Origin: Camelus dromedarius
Taxonomy: Eukaryota
Direction of reading: 5' to 3'
DNA length: 64,000 nt
NCBI RefSeq assembly: GCF_036321535.1
Contig: NC_087437.1
Coordinates: 75,022,001-75,086,000 of the forward strand
This document shows, piece after piece, positions 1-13,305 of this stretch. A program made the position numbers and the translations under genes. Position 1 is the first letter of the stretch. Each line of letters opens with the position of its first letter. The notes beneath the pieces are model-generated. The model was not told where the DNA came from and ran no database searches. It saw only the letters and a program-made list of their open reading frames with translations.

Positions 1-3000
1 AAATGTATCAAGAGCATCGATCTTCCTCTTAAGGAAGATCTGCCTCATGTCAGTCTCAAGTCAGTATGTTCACTTACTTGTTTACCAAGACCAAAGCCAT
101 TTGGTGTGTTATCATCCATGTTTAGGTCTACATGGATAGAGAATAAAGTAAGTCTGTTCAGGTGAAAGCTTGCAAGGAACGGATTCAGACTACCCACAGT
201 TGGTCAGGAAGCTAAGTGAAACTAGAAAAGAACCAGAAAAACAGAGAGAGTAGGGCCTGTTGAAGGCAGTAGAAACCTCATTTGGAATATGCACCTGAAA
301 ATAATGATCATCAAACAGGAGAAATGCTGGAGGTTTTACTCGGTTTTGTTTTCATTTTTAATCTTAGCATTGCTGCGGGTGGCAGGAATTGGAGTAGAGA
401 GGATATACCCACTCAACCCAGGCGCGAACCATTGATCAAAGGGTGAGAATTCTGGAAGTAGACAGAACACCAGGGATGTTTAAGACGTAGCATCATAAGT
501 GAATTCCAAAAGGAAGGGTCAAGACTGAAAAGTCTCTCTGGATCCTGCTTCTAGTGCTGGTGGTGGGGGAAGAGGAAAAGTGACTTCTTGTAGAGAAGGG
601 TGAGATGGCAGTTTCCTTAAGAGGCTCAGTTTGAGGAGACAGATGACATGTTCCAGAAAACAAGAAAATGGTGCAAGACTTTTCCTGTCTATGCAGTTTC
701 CCCAAGAACAAAGTGTAAGAGACCAATAAAATGGGGAATGTGGTTGGAAGGAGCCAGAAAATAGAGCCTGGTTGAAAAAGGATGCGAATCTGCAAGAGAG
801 ACGGTGTTGGGCTGAGGCAGTGACTGAGGTTACCTACACTAGGGAGATGAGCTCTTCGACCTGCAGGAATATGTCAGGAGAGAAGGCATGCCTGGTGGTT
901 TCTGGAATAGCTTACAGAACTAATCACACAAATCGCTTCCCTGATACAAAAACTTGTAATTTAAGAAAATATGTATCACTGGCTTTTAACAAGTGAAGAC
1001 ATCAAATAAACTAGTTGCATTTTGACATAACAATGAACCACTGTTTCTTGGCAAGTGCAGATACAGAATTAAAACTAATAAAATTTGTTTTTATATGGAA
1101 ACCACTGGAAGCTATTATCTCATCAAGGGACTTCAGAGTCATTCCATGTATCAAGAAAAAGATGCTAAAATTGTACTACTGGACAAAGACAGCCCAGTGC
1201 CCCAGAGGCCAAGGAAGGGAAAGAAATGAAGACGTAGAGGGTTGATATTTGCAGAAGGGTAAAAGGATTTCTGCCTGTATTTGACAGAGAATGAGATGCT
1301 TCACTCACACATAAAGGGGAAGTTCGCATCACAGAGGAGGCTGTCTATTCACATTTGTATAAGCCTAAGTATACAGACCTCAAATAATTCTTTTATTATC
1401 ATTGTTATAAAAAAATCAGTGTTGGTAGAAATAGAGATGTTCAAGTAGGTGCATCAGAATAGTGTTGCTATGTGCCAACATTTTTTTCCATCTCTCAAAA
1501 TAAAAAGCAAGCATACCGTTGGTATCCAATGATCCAAATGAATACTGAGACCAAAGATAAAGAAGACCCCAGCACACCAAGATGCAACCAGAAACACTTC
1601 AGGAACATACATGAAAATCCCAAATGGGCTGCAAATAATTTGTGTAAGAATGACCAACATCAGATCTGCTGAAACAGAAAAATGCACAACAGCTATGAAT
1701 TCTTCTATATGTAATCATCGTGGTAGTTAGCAAATCAAAGAAGATTAATCGAAAGAGGGGTGTAGGATAAAAGCTAGGAAAGTTAAAAAAAAATCAAGAG
1801 CTATAAACTTCACGAAGGAAGTACTACTTCTGTGCTCTGTACTTTGGTATTTCCTGTGCTCTCACACTTCCTGGCACACAGTAGGTGCTCTGTAAATAGT
1901 TGTAAAGTGAATGAGTGTCTGACAAGAAGATGTCGTATGAAAAGCAAAGGAAGAAGTAAAGAAGAAACAAGCAAAGTGTGCAATGCTGTATGCAGGAAGA
2001 AAGGCAGCTAGGAGGTTCACATAGGCTCGCACGTGCATCGCAGACTTCATAAAATAGGAACACGGATCGATTAGCACAAGTTAATTACCAGTGGAAAGTA
2101 GATCTGGGGGCCCGGAGAGGTAATAGGGGATTCTTTCTTTTCATTACATCTTTTGTGTAGTGTTTGATTTTTTTTTTTAATCACTGTTATAATTTAGCAA
2201 GTTAGTTTTATTTTCACATTACGAACAAAAGCATCCAGGAAGGAGATCTTGAAGAGAATCACAAGGACAGAAAATTAAAGCGCAATGTTCAATATTATTG
2301 AAGAGTGACAACAGAAGACCACAAGACAAGTCCAGGTAAATGACTAAGCACAGAATTCTGCAGCCTTTTCTCCGGGAAGCGCTCGGCCTGCTCCCCTGCA
2401 CCGCTTTGGGGTTGTTCTTGGCATGATTTTGGAAGATTTATAGGTGCTCTTCACCACCTCAAGTGCAGAAAGTGTCCAGGCAGGTTTAACAAAGTGCCAA
2501 GTAGCCCAGGGACAAAGGCAAGCTAAATGGCTCATAATAATAAAACGTGAAAGTGAAAAGAGACAGAACAAGGCCAGAGAGGAAAGGACAGAGGGTGGTT
2601 ATTGAGCAGATATTCGGGGTAAAAGAAAACAGGGCCAGAACATAAAGGTATTTTATGGAGCACCTAACCAGAAAGACTGCAACACTGTGGATCAAACTGG
2701 GGACCTGGGAACGACCAGATCTGAGGGAATCCAGTTTCCTTACAGAAGGGAGGGGACTGCGGCTGCCCACGCTCCGCCACACAATGCTGCTAAATGCGGC
2801 TAGCGCTACCTTGCCCTTGAATACAAAGCTTGTTGTTTAAAATCCTGCACCCTCCCTTGAAAATCTGGTCGTTCTCATTTCCCAGGACTCCCCATTTTCA
2901 TCTTTCGTCACTTCCTAGCCCCAGCATAAATTTTCATAAAGTTTTAATTTAAAAGACTTACAAAGAATTGACAAACAATTCCTTTTAGACAGGCTCTTTG

Positions 3001-3883
3001 CTAACCAGGCTGACTTCTTTGGAGCAAAAAATGCTCATGTGGGCATGCACAGTAAATTCTGGCTTTTTGAAAGGAGGGAGTAATTTTTTGGTGACGTTAT
3101 AAAGACATTTAAGATGTTAATGAGAAGGAATCCATGATTGAGAGATATTCAACAAAAGAACCAGATCACAAAAACAAGATGAAAGCTAATATTCGTGGGT
3201 AGTGGTTCTATCACCAGTAAAACTGAACCTGGTGGTGATCAATGGAAAAGCACCCATGACACCGAACTTCAGAGTCCCCAGGAGGCGAGAATATTCACCA
3301 ACAGAACAAGCAGCCCTAAATAATGCAGATACAAGTTGTGTGCATATTTCATATAATGTATAAAAATTCTTAAATTTCTGAATGATACCCCAAAAAGATT
3401 GAAATGTTTTTAAGGATAAAACAAAACAAACAAATCATTTTTGGTCTTTGAGTCCCACGATCTCCAGCCCAACCACCTCTTGTCTTTGGCTCTCTGCTAG
3501 TAGATCTTTTGATGGGAAATTTCTGGACTTGCACAGGCCATCTTTTCTAGGGAGACCCAGAAACCACCCTTTTAATTTGTTGGGACATAACTCGATAGAC
3601 AACTTAAAGAGGATTAGGAAGCAGCATTTAAAAACAATGGATACAGGAAAGCAATTCATCAGCATGGGTTTTCTGAGCCCCTCCCACCTTCACTGCTCTG
3701 TAGCTGGCTGGACTGGTGGCAGCCGTGCCTTGCAGGATGTGGCACTTGTAATGACGGCTTAATAAATGTTTGATGAATAAATGAACAAATGGAGTGAGGA
3801 AAACTTCCAAATAAGTATGTCAGACAGAAATAGTAAGCATGACAAGTTGCTACAGGTAGAGGTTGGCTTACTTTGGAAAAGAG

Positions 3884-3931
3884 GTGTGTGTGTGGGTGGG
3901 TGTGGGGGTGTGTGTGTGTGTGTGTGTATGT
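3884..3931. repeat. Imperfect (GT)n microsatellite
   Basis: gtgtgtgtgtgggtgggtgtgggggtgtgtgtgtgtgtgtgtgtatgt seen directly. Confidence 0.9.
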
Positions 3932-3999
3932 GAATAGTTATTTAATGGGAAAAAATGAATATGCAGAATTCACAGACATTTTGAAAAATGTGGTAAAAC

Positions 4000-4190
4000 A
4001 GCAGCGAATTCCATCTTTAAGTTGGTAAGAGTAACTCTGAAGTTCCTATCACAAGAGGAAAAATTTATAACTATGTGAGGGAATGGGTGTTAACTTACAT
4101 ACTAATTATCTTACAATGTCTATGTATCAAATGATCATGTTGTACATCTTAAATTAATACAGTATGTCAATTATATCTCAATTTAGAAAA
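4000..4190 (+). mobile_element. L1MA/L1MB-type 3' end fragment
   Basis: aagttcctatcacaag...ataactatgtgagg...tgttgtacatcttaaatt...tatgtcaattatatctcaat is typical of an old L1 3' terminus. Confidence 0.75.
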
Positions 4191-5653
4191 TGTTTTATTT
4201 TCTCTTTTCCACCTCAGCAACGGCACTCCAGCCCCTTCGGATGCAGCTTCTCTCCTCGCCAGGAGCGGTAATGAGGAAGTGTTGTCGTAACTGGTCAAAA
4301 CCGACTTCAGCTCCCCTGTCTCCACTCTTGCTTCTCTTTTTGGTCGTGCTGAGCCACTAGAAATTTGAAAAATCTTTTGGGAATTTAGCAGCTGTGTTTT
4401 CCCTTTGTAAAGGATGGTTATTCTTTTGTTATTTATGACACCCTCCCCCCGCTGCCGCCCTACCACCATTGCCTCCATGCGACCCTCCCCGCCCACACAC
4501 GCAACCCTCCTTTGTATTTTCAGGTTTTCCTACCTCACTTTGGTTTATTCCATGGTTGCCTTTTCCCTGGGATTCTAATCCTACCTGCTGTTAGCTGGGG
4601 TTTTGCACAGACTTCTTTGGCATAAGGAAAACAAGAAACAAAGATTAGATTTCTCTCAAAAAACACACATTTTTGTATTTTTCCATGGAAACCGAAAAGT
4701 ATCTTATGAGAATGTGACTTTATGCTTACTGATATTTGAGTCACTGCTGTGGTGTTGTAGATATGTCTATTTGTTTTAGATCTTTATCTATTAACGCACA
4801 GGTGCAGTATAACACTTGATTTCAGTTCCTGCTGACTTTCTGCCGCAGGTGCACGTTTTCTAGCTACTCAACGTACTTCACTTGTCCTTGGCTAACCTCC
4901 CACCAAGCCACAAACCCTATGAAGTACAACCTCCTTGAGATCAGGAAATGCATCTGTACCTTTCGACTTGAATACACCCATAATTATAATCCAAATGGTT
5001 TAGTCAACCCCACCCCCATCACCCCAAAATGTTGTCTTGTGGGATGAGGTTAGTGGAAAACATCATGGCCAGAACACGAGGGTAAAAGCTGATAGTTTTA
5101 TAGCACTGGACTGGTCAGCGTAGGCCTAATGCTTAAGTTAAGGGGACAAAATTAGGAATCAAAAATCAGAAGAGGAGAGGAGAACTAGTGACCAGTCATT
5201 ACACATGGAATGAATGAATGTTTAACCTTTTGCACAGCTTTGGAGTGTCCTTGGAATTATTTCCTCAGAGAGCAGAATATTAAAAACAGCCTTGCAAAAC
5301 AGTCATTTCCTTCTGATCTTAGAAATCTGCAATCTTCATACTCCTATGACTTGGTCATACCTTCAAAATTTAAGGTCAAATAATCAACATTGTGTCGAGG
5401 TACAAACGTACATGTGAACAGATGCATTGCCTGATGTTCTCGGCTCAAGATGAAAATAGATGTATTCATCACCTTTATTTTCACGAGCAATCTTACCATT
5501 GAATGCTTTTCTATATAAGGAATTGAGAGTCTGGTAGAGATGAAAAGTTATCAAAGGACTATCAGTAAAAGTACCAGTGAATATACTGTGTATGCTCGTG
5601 AGTGGTATAGACAAAGCCTCTTGATAATTGTTCTTTCATTTTTTTTTTTCTGG

Positions 5654-5845
5654 GAGAACTGACTTTAAAATGTAGAAGAATTAGCAATGGCACAGAAAAA
5701 GATCAAGGTCTTCTGAAGACTGGAAACGCTGAAGCGCTTGGAAAGAATGTGCTGAGAGTAATCAGTGCCAGGAAGCTACCAGACACAGGAGCGAGGCTTC
5801 CAAACTCCCTGACGAGGCTGCTTTAGGGAAGGGGGAATGAAGTGG
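5654..5845 (+). pseudogene. GUCA1C: GUCA1C (GCAP3, guanylate cyclase activator 1C) last-exon relic, inactivated
   Basis: After a long T tract it translates (G)ELTLKCRRISNGTEKDQGLLKTGNAEALGKNVLRVISARKLPD...; a shifted frame gives EASKLPDEAALGK and then MK. Recalled human last exon: GELTLEEFINGMAKDQDLLEIVYKSFDFSNVLRVICNGKQPDMETDSSKSPDKAGLGKVKMK. Acceptor reads GG (5652-5653) instead of AG, with indels and a premature TAG at 5824-5826. Position and orientation fit TRAT1-GUCA1C synteny. Confidence 0.9.
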
Positions 5846-7149
5846 CTGCGGGAAAGCATTACCCAACTTTCAGAGGACACAAAACTTTCAGTGGAGAAGT
5901 GTGACTTTCTGTACATACCTGCTGTTGATCTCAGGTTTTTATGATAATTTGTATCTGGTTATGAATACCTCACTTACCTGAAGTCGCATAGAGACTTCCA
6001 TGAAGATGCTAGACAGAAGCATTGTTGCTTCTGTTTATGTATTCTGCTCGCTCTCTGCAGATTAGAACGTGATGATTAAACTGAAGTTTTGCCTCCATAT
6101 CTATCAGTTCACAATAGAACTCGCATGTGTGTTTCCTTGCCCACGTTAATGAGTCTGCATCTTGAAACAGAGCTGGATTCTCCGGGCAGTGTCTCCCCAG
6201 TTTAGCATTCTTCTCAGATTAAACATGCATTTGGCAAATGCGTTCACTGCCTCTTGGCTCTTGTTGCATCTGTATGTTATAAATGACTGAGTTCTGGTCT
6301 GTTAAGAAACTTTTTTTTTTCTGCCCTTCTTTCTCATTCCTTACCCTGAATCCTGTCTTGAATCAGTAATAATGTTCTGCTCCAAAGGAAAAGTCTTAAA
6401 GTATGTAGTAAAAGGAGAAAATTTCTGGCTGGGCAACCAGAATGTTTCCATCAGATTTGTTATAAATCGGGGTCCAGTTGTGCATGAAAATGCAATGCAT
6501 CATCTGTAATTATTATGCCAGTTGGAAGTTTGATCAGAACAGCAGACAGCCGGGCTATGCAACAACAAGCACTTGACATTTTAAACGGTCCTGACATTAT
6601 AGCTCTGACATTTCATTTTTTATATCCTTTCCCCAAAATGAAATGATGAATGGGATCTCTTGATGGGCTAGAACTTTTTAAGTTTTGGGTTCTGTATCAC
6701 AGGCCCATTAGTTCCTTCTGTCAACACAAGGCTTTCTCATGGAAACACAGTGGAAGTCGAAGAGCAGATATGAACTATCTTTATGTTAAGAGCTTCCTAA
6801 TTATGTTTTCATAGTCAGGTTTGTGTTAAAAACACACAACTGAAAATGTGAAGAAAGACCTGGACTGTCCCTGTCTCCCACACAGTTACAGATATGGATA
6901 AAGTATAGATAGAGGTACACATGGCAGTAGAAATGAAATACAAATGGAGGTGGAAAAGTTGTAGATGAATGGATTGATGAAGAGACAGATGGAGGTAGTA
7001 TAAATGGAGGTGGAAATATTCTAGGATTTTCCAAAAGGTTTTGAGATCTACAAAGTACATAATATACGTTGAAATAAAATTATCACAAAGTAAGGTGAGA
7101 AAAATCATTGCAGGCGTAATACCACAAAGTTCTTCTCATTTGCCAAAGA

Positions 7150-7535
7150 TGGGCTACCCATTGGACTCCGAGCTTCCTAGCAGTAGAATTGAAAAGGGAA
7201 ACATCATTACAGTCTCGCCCCAGCAACAGCCTAATCCTGGCAGTGGTAGTTGATTTCACTCTCTCCCCACATTCCTCTGAGGTACACCATGTCCTTTCCA
7301 CATAAAACTGGGTTCCAGATCCCCCTTCCAAAATTCTGTGTTCTGCTAATCTCAACCTCTTCCCTTTGTTTCTCCAGCCTAGAATGGTAGCTGCTCCTTG
7401 ACATTTCTGGGTTACTTTGGTGTCTTCCCTTTGCTTTTTCTGTCCTCCAGTGTCTTTTTAACCAATTCCTGGTACTAAATTTTCTCTGTTAAAGTAACTA
7501 GTGTTCTGTTCCCCTGACTGGATCCTGACTAGTAC
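7150..7535 (+). mobile_element. ERVL-type LTR fragment (LTR33/LTR16-like)
   Basis: ctccagcctagaatggtagctgctcc..., ending aaattttctctgttaaagtaactagtgttctgttcccctgactggatcctgactagtac. Confidence 0.55.
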
Positions 7536-10451
7536 TGGACCCTGACTGACTTAAGGGTCAATTCTCTTTAAGGCAGGAAACCCACTCCCCCCTCTCCCTG
7601 TATGTACTGAGCACTTACCCTGGAATCGTGCCGAGTGGGCTGTTGAATACTAACAGCCCAGTGATGTGGCTGTTATCTCCACTTTATGTCTGGTAGCTGA
7701 GACTCAAAGAACTGATGTCATTTCCCCAGATTATTGCCTGATAGTATCACCTGCTATGGGCTGAACCTAACAGGGAAACAACTGTGGTAACAGAGCAATG
7801 TGGTCAGCAGGGTACCAGCCCAGCATCACAGAGTGGAATATGGAAGGATGGGTTTGGAGTTGAGGGTTTATAGATTAATTAGCAGCACAGGTAGAATAAA
7901 TGGGCTGAGCCAAGTAGACAACTTGAGGACACTTCCCCACCCACAGACACCGTAATAAGAGCATCCAAGCTCTGCTTGATCCCAGGCGCCATCTCCCACT
8001 GGATGCTTTGAACCCTGTCGTTCTCATCTGGCCTCCCCAGGCTCCAGTTACCTGTGGCCTCTTACCTGGACCTTCCTCCTCCACTCATCACCCCCTTTGG
8101 TGCCATAACTGGTTTGTTTAGTTTGCCAGGTTTGGTTTCAGTTTTTTTGTTTTTTGTTTTTTGTTTTTTTTTCCCTGGATGCTGCCTCTTAGATTTCTAA
8201 GCTCTGTTCCATCTCTGTACCCAATGCTCACTCCAGGTCAACCTCTTCTCAAGTTGACATGGGAGAGAGATAAGAGCAGTACTCCCTTCCTTTTCCAAAG
8301 GAAGCTTATCTGTAAGAAGGGCAGGCCGGCCCACATAACACACACAGCAGCTTCTTAGGAACATGGCTGGTGGTTGAAGTACGTGAAGATGTTAGTTGTT
8401 TGTCATAAGAAAGCAAATCACATAATGATGTCTACCTCATAGTTTTGCTGACGGTGGTCCTAAGAAGGAGATAAGCTGAAATTCAAGTACAGAAGAATTT
8501 AGATTAAATCATGGATAGGTAAGGGAGAAAAAGAGGCTGGAAAAACAGAGCCTTGTTCTTCAAGTTTCCATCTCTAAGGTCACATCTCCCCAAAGTCATG
8601 TTCTTCTCCATGTTGTCTTCTGCAGCTTAGCATCGTGATCCTGAGTCCGAGGAAACAGTCCTAACTGAAATATGAAGTCATGATACTTCAATGAACTAAA
8701 TATTTTAAAGTAAATTTAAATTCCTCCTTTAGATGATAAGCTCTAAGTAGAGCCTTCTGCACAGTGATTTTTTTTTAATTTTACAGTTTTCTGAATTAAT
8801 TGGAATTCGTGTGTTTCCCCCTAATGGTTTAACAGTAAACTTTCAGGCAAGGGATTCCATGACAAATGGGTGGGTGAAGAAGTTCAACTTTAATTAATTT
8901 CTGAGACTGTCATTCCCACTTACCAAAGGGCAGTAAGCCAGCCAGAATCATAACTGTCTAATGAGATCCTAGATCTTCTGATGTATCTTCCTCTTTTTTC
9001 TTTAACAATTCTTTGATGCTTTGAAAAAAAGAATACTATTTTTTAAGGAAAGATGAAAGGGAAAATATTAAAGGGTCTAATAATGTTTACCTTATAAAAA
9101 TAACCCCTCCCCTTTAAAAACGGAGGCTAAAGTCATTTGACTCCCATCCCTCTATATAGTTGAAGATGCACCGGAAAGAAGATGGCCTTATCCTCTGGCC
9201 CAAAATATCGAGAAAGAAAGGAAGCATAAAGGAAAGGGAGGAGCAGCAGCTAGTTGAGGATGAGAATGAGCTCTAGTGTGGTTTCTCTTCTTTCTCCTCA
9301 GGTCAGTGGCTGGTGACCACCTATTCCTTCAAGTAAGTCTTGGTCCTTTCTGGTAGAGAAGAGTCTGCTGATGTAGAGCTGCGCTTTAAAGCAGGACAGT
9401 AGGCTGTGCGGGCGGGAGGACGGTTTAGGTGGGCAAATGTTTCCTTCATTTTCCTTCCCAAAATGTATTGGCAAAAATGTAATGGGGAATTAAGGAGAGA
9501 ACACAGTTTGTTTAAACATATGACTGAGAGGCAAATGAAGAGGCCTAAAAGAAGGGTTACTGTATTAAAGAAACAAAGTAAGTGCTAGAAAGAGCCTGCT
9601 TCCTCTGCTCCCCCCCCCCCATTTATATTAGAATAACCTTTACAATGAAAATGAAATCCAGAAAAGTCTTGACATTTAAAACCAAGCTGGAGTTTTATGC
9701 TTACTGAAAAAACTTGCATCATTAGAACAGTGTGGACTGGGAATAGCTTTTCCAATACTTAGAGTTTGTTTCTGGGGACAGCTGCAGGTAGGCAACATTG
9801 GACATTCAGATTAAACCCTGGGAGTACCAAGTATTATCAGCAGGATGACTGATAACACTGAGAAAAATACGGAGGGAGGCAGAATTGCTTGGTGGAAGGA
9901 GCACTGGACTAAGACCCAGACCTGGATTCTGGTGACCTTGGACGAGCCATTTACCCCTCTGGGTCTTGGTCTCTCAGCTCTCAAGGGGGTGGGGGCAAGA
10001 AGCAAATCTCTGAGGTCCCTTCCACCTTCAGTTGTCTATGATTCTGTGAAACCTTCATAATGCAGAGGATGACACCTCAGGACCTCAAGGAGATTAGTTA
10101 CTTGGAAACAAAATTTAAGAAAACTTGTTTGACACAAACTGCATGAAGCCCAGATTTTTTTAGATTCATGGCCAGTGGAGTTGCAGGTTGCTACCTATGG
10201 GCTGTTTCCGTTTGTTATTTTTTGTCCCTATCCCTCATTCTGCGTTGCCCCCTATCATGAATGGAAGGGAAGACTAGAGACAGGCTGCCTACATAGAAGT
10301 CACCTAAAAGTTTTTTTTCAAAATGAATGTTTTTATGTCTCTGATATCCCTGATGCATGACCAGGTGTGGAAGCCACAGCTGCTCACATCTCCTCTATGA
10401 GAGACTCAGCCCCAGAGTCATCTACCCACACTGTCTCCCAGCATTGAACTT

Positions 10452-10560
10452 TTAATTTTACTTTTTTAAATTTTGTTTTTTTAAATGGAGGTCCTGGGGA
10501 GTGAGCCCAGGACCTTGTGCACGCTAAGCACTCACTCTACCACGGAGCTGTACCCGTCCC
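10452..10560 (-). mobile_element. tRNA-derived SINE, camelid Vic-1-like
   Basis: Reverse complement starts ggggacgggtacagctccgtggtagagtgagtgcttagcgtgcacaaggtcctgggctcactcccc and has an A-rich tail. TSD cagcattgaactt (10439-10451) / cagcactgacctt (10561-10573). Confidence 0.85.
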
Positions 10561-10629
10561 CAGCACTGACCTTCCAAGTTCCTTGGGGTCGTGGAGTCCT
10601 GCACACTTCATCTGCAAGGTACAGCAAAG

Positions 10630-10855
10630 CGATCACGGTCCTGCACGCATGCAGACTAGTTTAAATCCTGCCTCAATCGCTCACTAATTGTATTACCCTC
10701 GATGCGTCATTTTCCCTCAGTAGGTTTGTTTCTACACCCATGAAATGAGACTAAAAATACTTTAGTGAGAGCTGTTATGATGCCAGCATGAGAGAACATA
10801 CGTGAGGACCTAGCACAGTGCCTGGCAGGGTGCACGTTTAGTACACGCTTTTCCT
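10630..10855 (+). mobile_element. MIR SINE
   Basis: gtttaaatcctgcctc...tcactaattgt...aaatgagactaa..., ending tagcacagtgcctggca. Confidence 0.65.
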
Positions 10856-11391
10856 CTAACTCGTAGAATGTTCCAGGCCTTAGACACATGGAACTAAGGT
10901 TACTTCTTAGGGAATGGCTTCCATTCTGGCCTAGAGGGAGGCCAGATACTTGTCCCAGACATTTAAATCTCTTGGTTCTCAAGCCATGCTTAATTGGCCC
11001 TTTTAATGAAGTCTGAGAAAATAATCATCTATAAACTATTATCTCCGAGTGGGCAAAAGCTTTAAAATACCGACAGGGAACAAGTCCTCTGCCAGTTATA
11101 CAGAGTAAAGATTTTCCCTGTGCTCCTAAAATGATAGGACCCTCATGTCTGTACAGAGGTCTTATGATTAGACTATACACTCAGTCCCTGCTCCACCACA
11201 TACATACATTCCTTCTGATCATACACTTTACATTTCCATAATATTTAATACTTTATGAGCACTTTACGAACTAATATAAATATTAGTTTATATTATACAT
11301 AATATAAAACTAATAGAAATTTACTAAGATAATTTAGATATTATAATGGCCATTTAATATATTATTTAGAGTAATACATATAAGAATATTA

Positions 11392-12172
11392 AGTCAAAAT
11401 ATATCCAGCACCTGACCACTTTCTCCACCACGCTACCACCACCCACAGGACCAGCCTGCCCTAGGCTGCCCTTCGTTAGCGCCTGGGTTACTACGGCAAC
11501 CTCCTAACTAGTCTCCCTGCTTCCACCCTTGTCCCTCCACAGTCTAGTCTCAGCAGAGCAGCCAGAGTGATCCAGCTAAAGTAAAAGGCAGATGATGTCA
11601 TTCGAAACTCCTTGTGGCTTCCATTCTCTCTGGAGATAAAAGCCACAGTTTCCCCGACTGGCCTTCGGATCTGTACACCATCTGCCCTTGCCCCTCCCTC
11701 CACCTTACCTGCTGCTACTCTCCCCTCATTCACTCGGCCACAAGAGCCACTTTCTTTAAGACACCGAAGGCACCAGCCAGCCCTCTGCAGGGACTTCCTT
11801 CTTGCTATTCTCTCTGCCTGAGACGCTTTTCCCCAGATAGCAACCTTGCTTTTTTTCTCTCACCTCAAGCTTTTGCTCAGCTGTCACCTTCTCAGTGAGG
11901 TCATCCCTGACACCTATTTAAAATTGCAAACGTTCCTTCTCCTCACCCTCACACTCCGTATGCCCCTTTCTACTTCACCAGTACTATGGAGTAAATTTAT
12001 CTTCCAACCTACTATTCCATGGCTTATTTTGTTTATTCTTTGCCTCTCTCCATTAGAACACAAATTCTACAAGGCAGAGATTTTTGGCTGTTTGGTTTAT
12101 TAACGTATTTCCAGCACTTACAACAGAGCCTGGCACACAGTAAGCACTCAACAAATATTTGCTAAATGAACA
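11392..12172 (+). mobile_element. L2 (LINE-2) 3' fragment
   Basis: ctcctaactagtctccctgcttcc...gcagccagagtgatc..., ending gcctggcacacagtaagcactcaacaaatatttgctaaatgaa (L2 3' terminus). Confidence 0.88.
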
Positions 12173-12659
12173 GAGGAATTACACAGGTTGCCAATGACTA
12201 TACATCTTAACAGTGATGGTGCTAACAGAGCTCTTCAGGGTCTCTCTGTCATCTCTCTTCCATTCCATGTCCCTTCATTATGTCACAAAAGTCAGAATGG
12301 AGAAATAATTTTTTTTCCATTATTCTTCAAATTAACTTGTGTAGGAGCTCATGTAATCCAACTGATGCTGCCATTTTTACAATGTTATTGAAACTGCCTT
12401 TTAAGCAGTTTCTGGATCACAAAGGAAAATCATAATGCTATCATATCATCTTCACAGCTGGCTGATGGTTTTGGTTTTTGGTTTGTTCATTTGCTTACCA
12501 AATGATATTACTGTATCTTTACTCTGGTTACCTGAATTAACTAGGAATGGTTTCTGGCTCTTTTCAGAATTCAAAATAAAGTCTCGAAGAGTAGAATGAT
12601 ATGGCACCATTAAGAGCAAAATGGTTCTCAAAATCTCAAAAGATTTTCAAATAGTTAGA

Positions 12660-13305
12660 AATCTAATACTTAAATCTAAAACTATTGGATCAAAAAATTC
12701 AAAGATAAATATGTTGAATTTACTTGTACAAGTGTGACAACACATTTTAAATATAACAGTTCAGACAAATTAACAAGAAAAGAGTAAGGCTCCAAAGATT
12801 GGGAAGGAAATTTGCAAAGGAGAAAATGCAACTGATTATGGGTTAACAAACACAAAAAGTTTTCAAGGTCACAGATAATAGGAAAAAAAAACCCCACAAA
12901 TTTAAAGAAAACAGAAGCAATTTCACATGTCAAATTTAAAATTTATTTTAAAAGTCAATCATAAGATGCTAATATTAGAGGGAAATTTAAAGTGTGTTTT
13001 AAAAATCAGTCATAAAATGGTGATAATAAGGTAATGCTTTCTACTATTTTTGCAAATTTTCCTTAAGTATAAAATTAGTTCAAAGGTTAAAATTGAAAAA
13101 AAAGAATAGACACTCTGTTCTGTTGACACAATATGTCTTGATATCTGGTATCTTCTTTCTTCTCTGCAATTGTCTCAGCTATTCTTGACCCTTGGCATTC
13201 CCATATAAAATGGAACATCAGCTTGTCAATTTCCATAAAAATCACTGCTGGAATTTCCCATTAGAACTGCATTGAATTTATAGGTGCATTTGGGGAGAAT
13301 TAACT
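12660..13305. mobile_element. Old L1 fragments (plus-strand 3' piece, then minus-strand ORF2 piece at ~13130-13305)
   Basis: A-rich L1ME-like text followed by gctattcttgacccttggcattcccatataaa...atcagcttgtcaatttcc...gcattgaatttatag. Confidence 0.6.

Noticed and set aside
995..1040. Faint resemblance to the end of GUCA1C exon 3 (gaagacatcaa...gacataacaatga)
   Set aside because: Needs several gaps, has no GT donor, and the upstream half does not match. Exon 3 is probably outside the window or deleted.
6942..7016. Repeated aaatggaggtggaaa
   Set aside because: Two copies in a purine-rich low-complexity stretch; no array or spacer structure.
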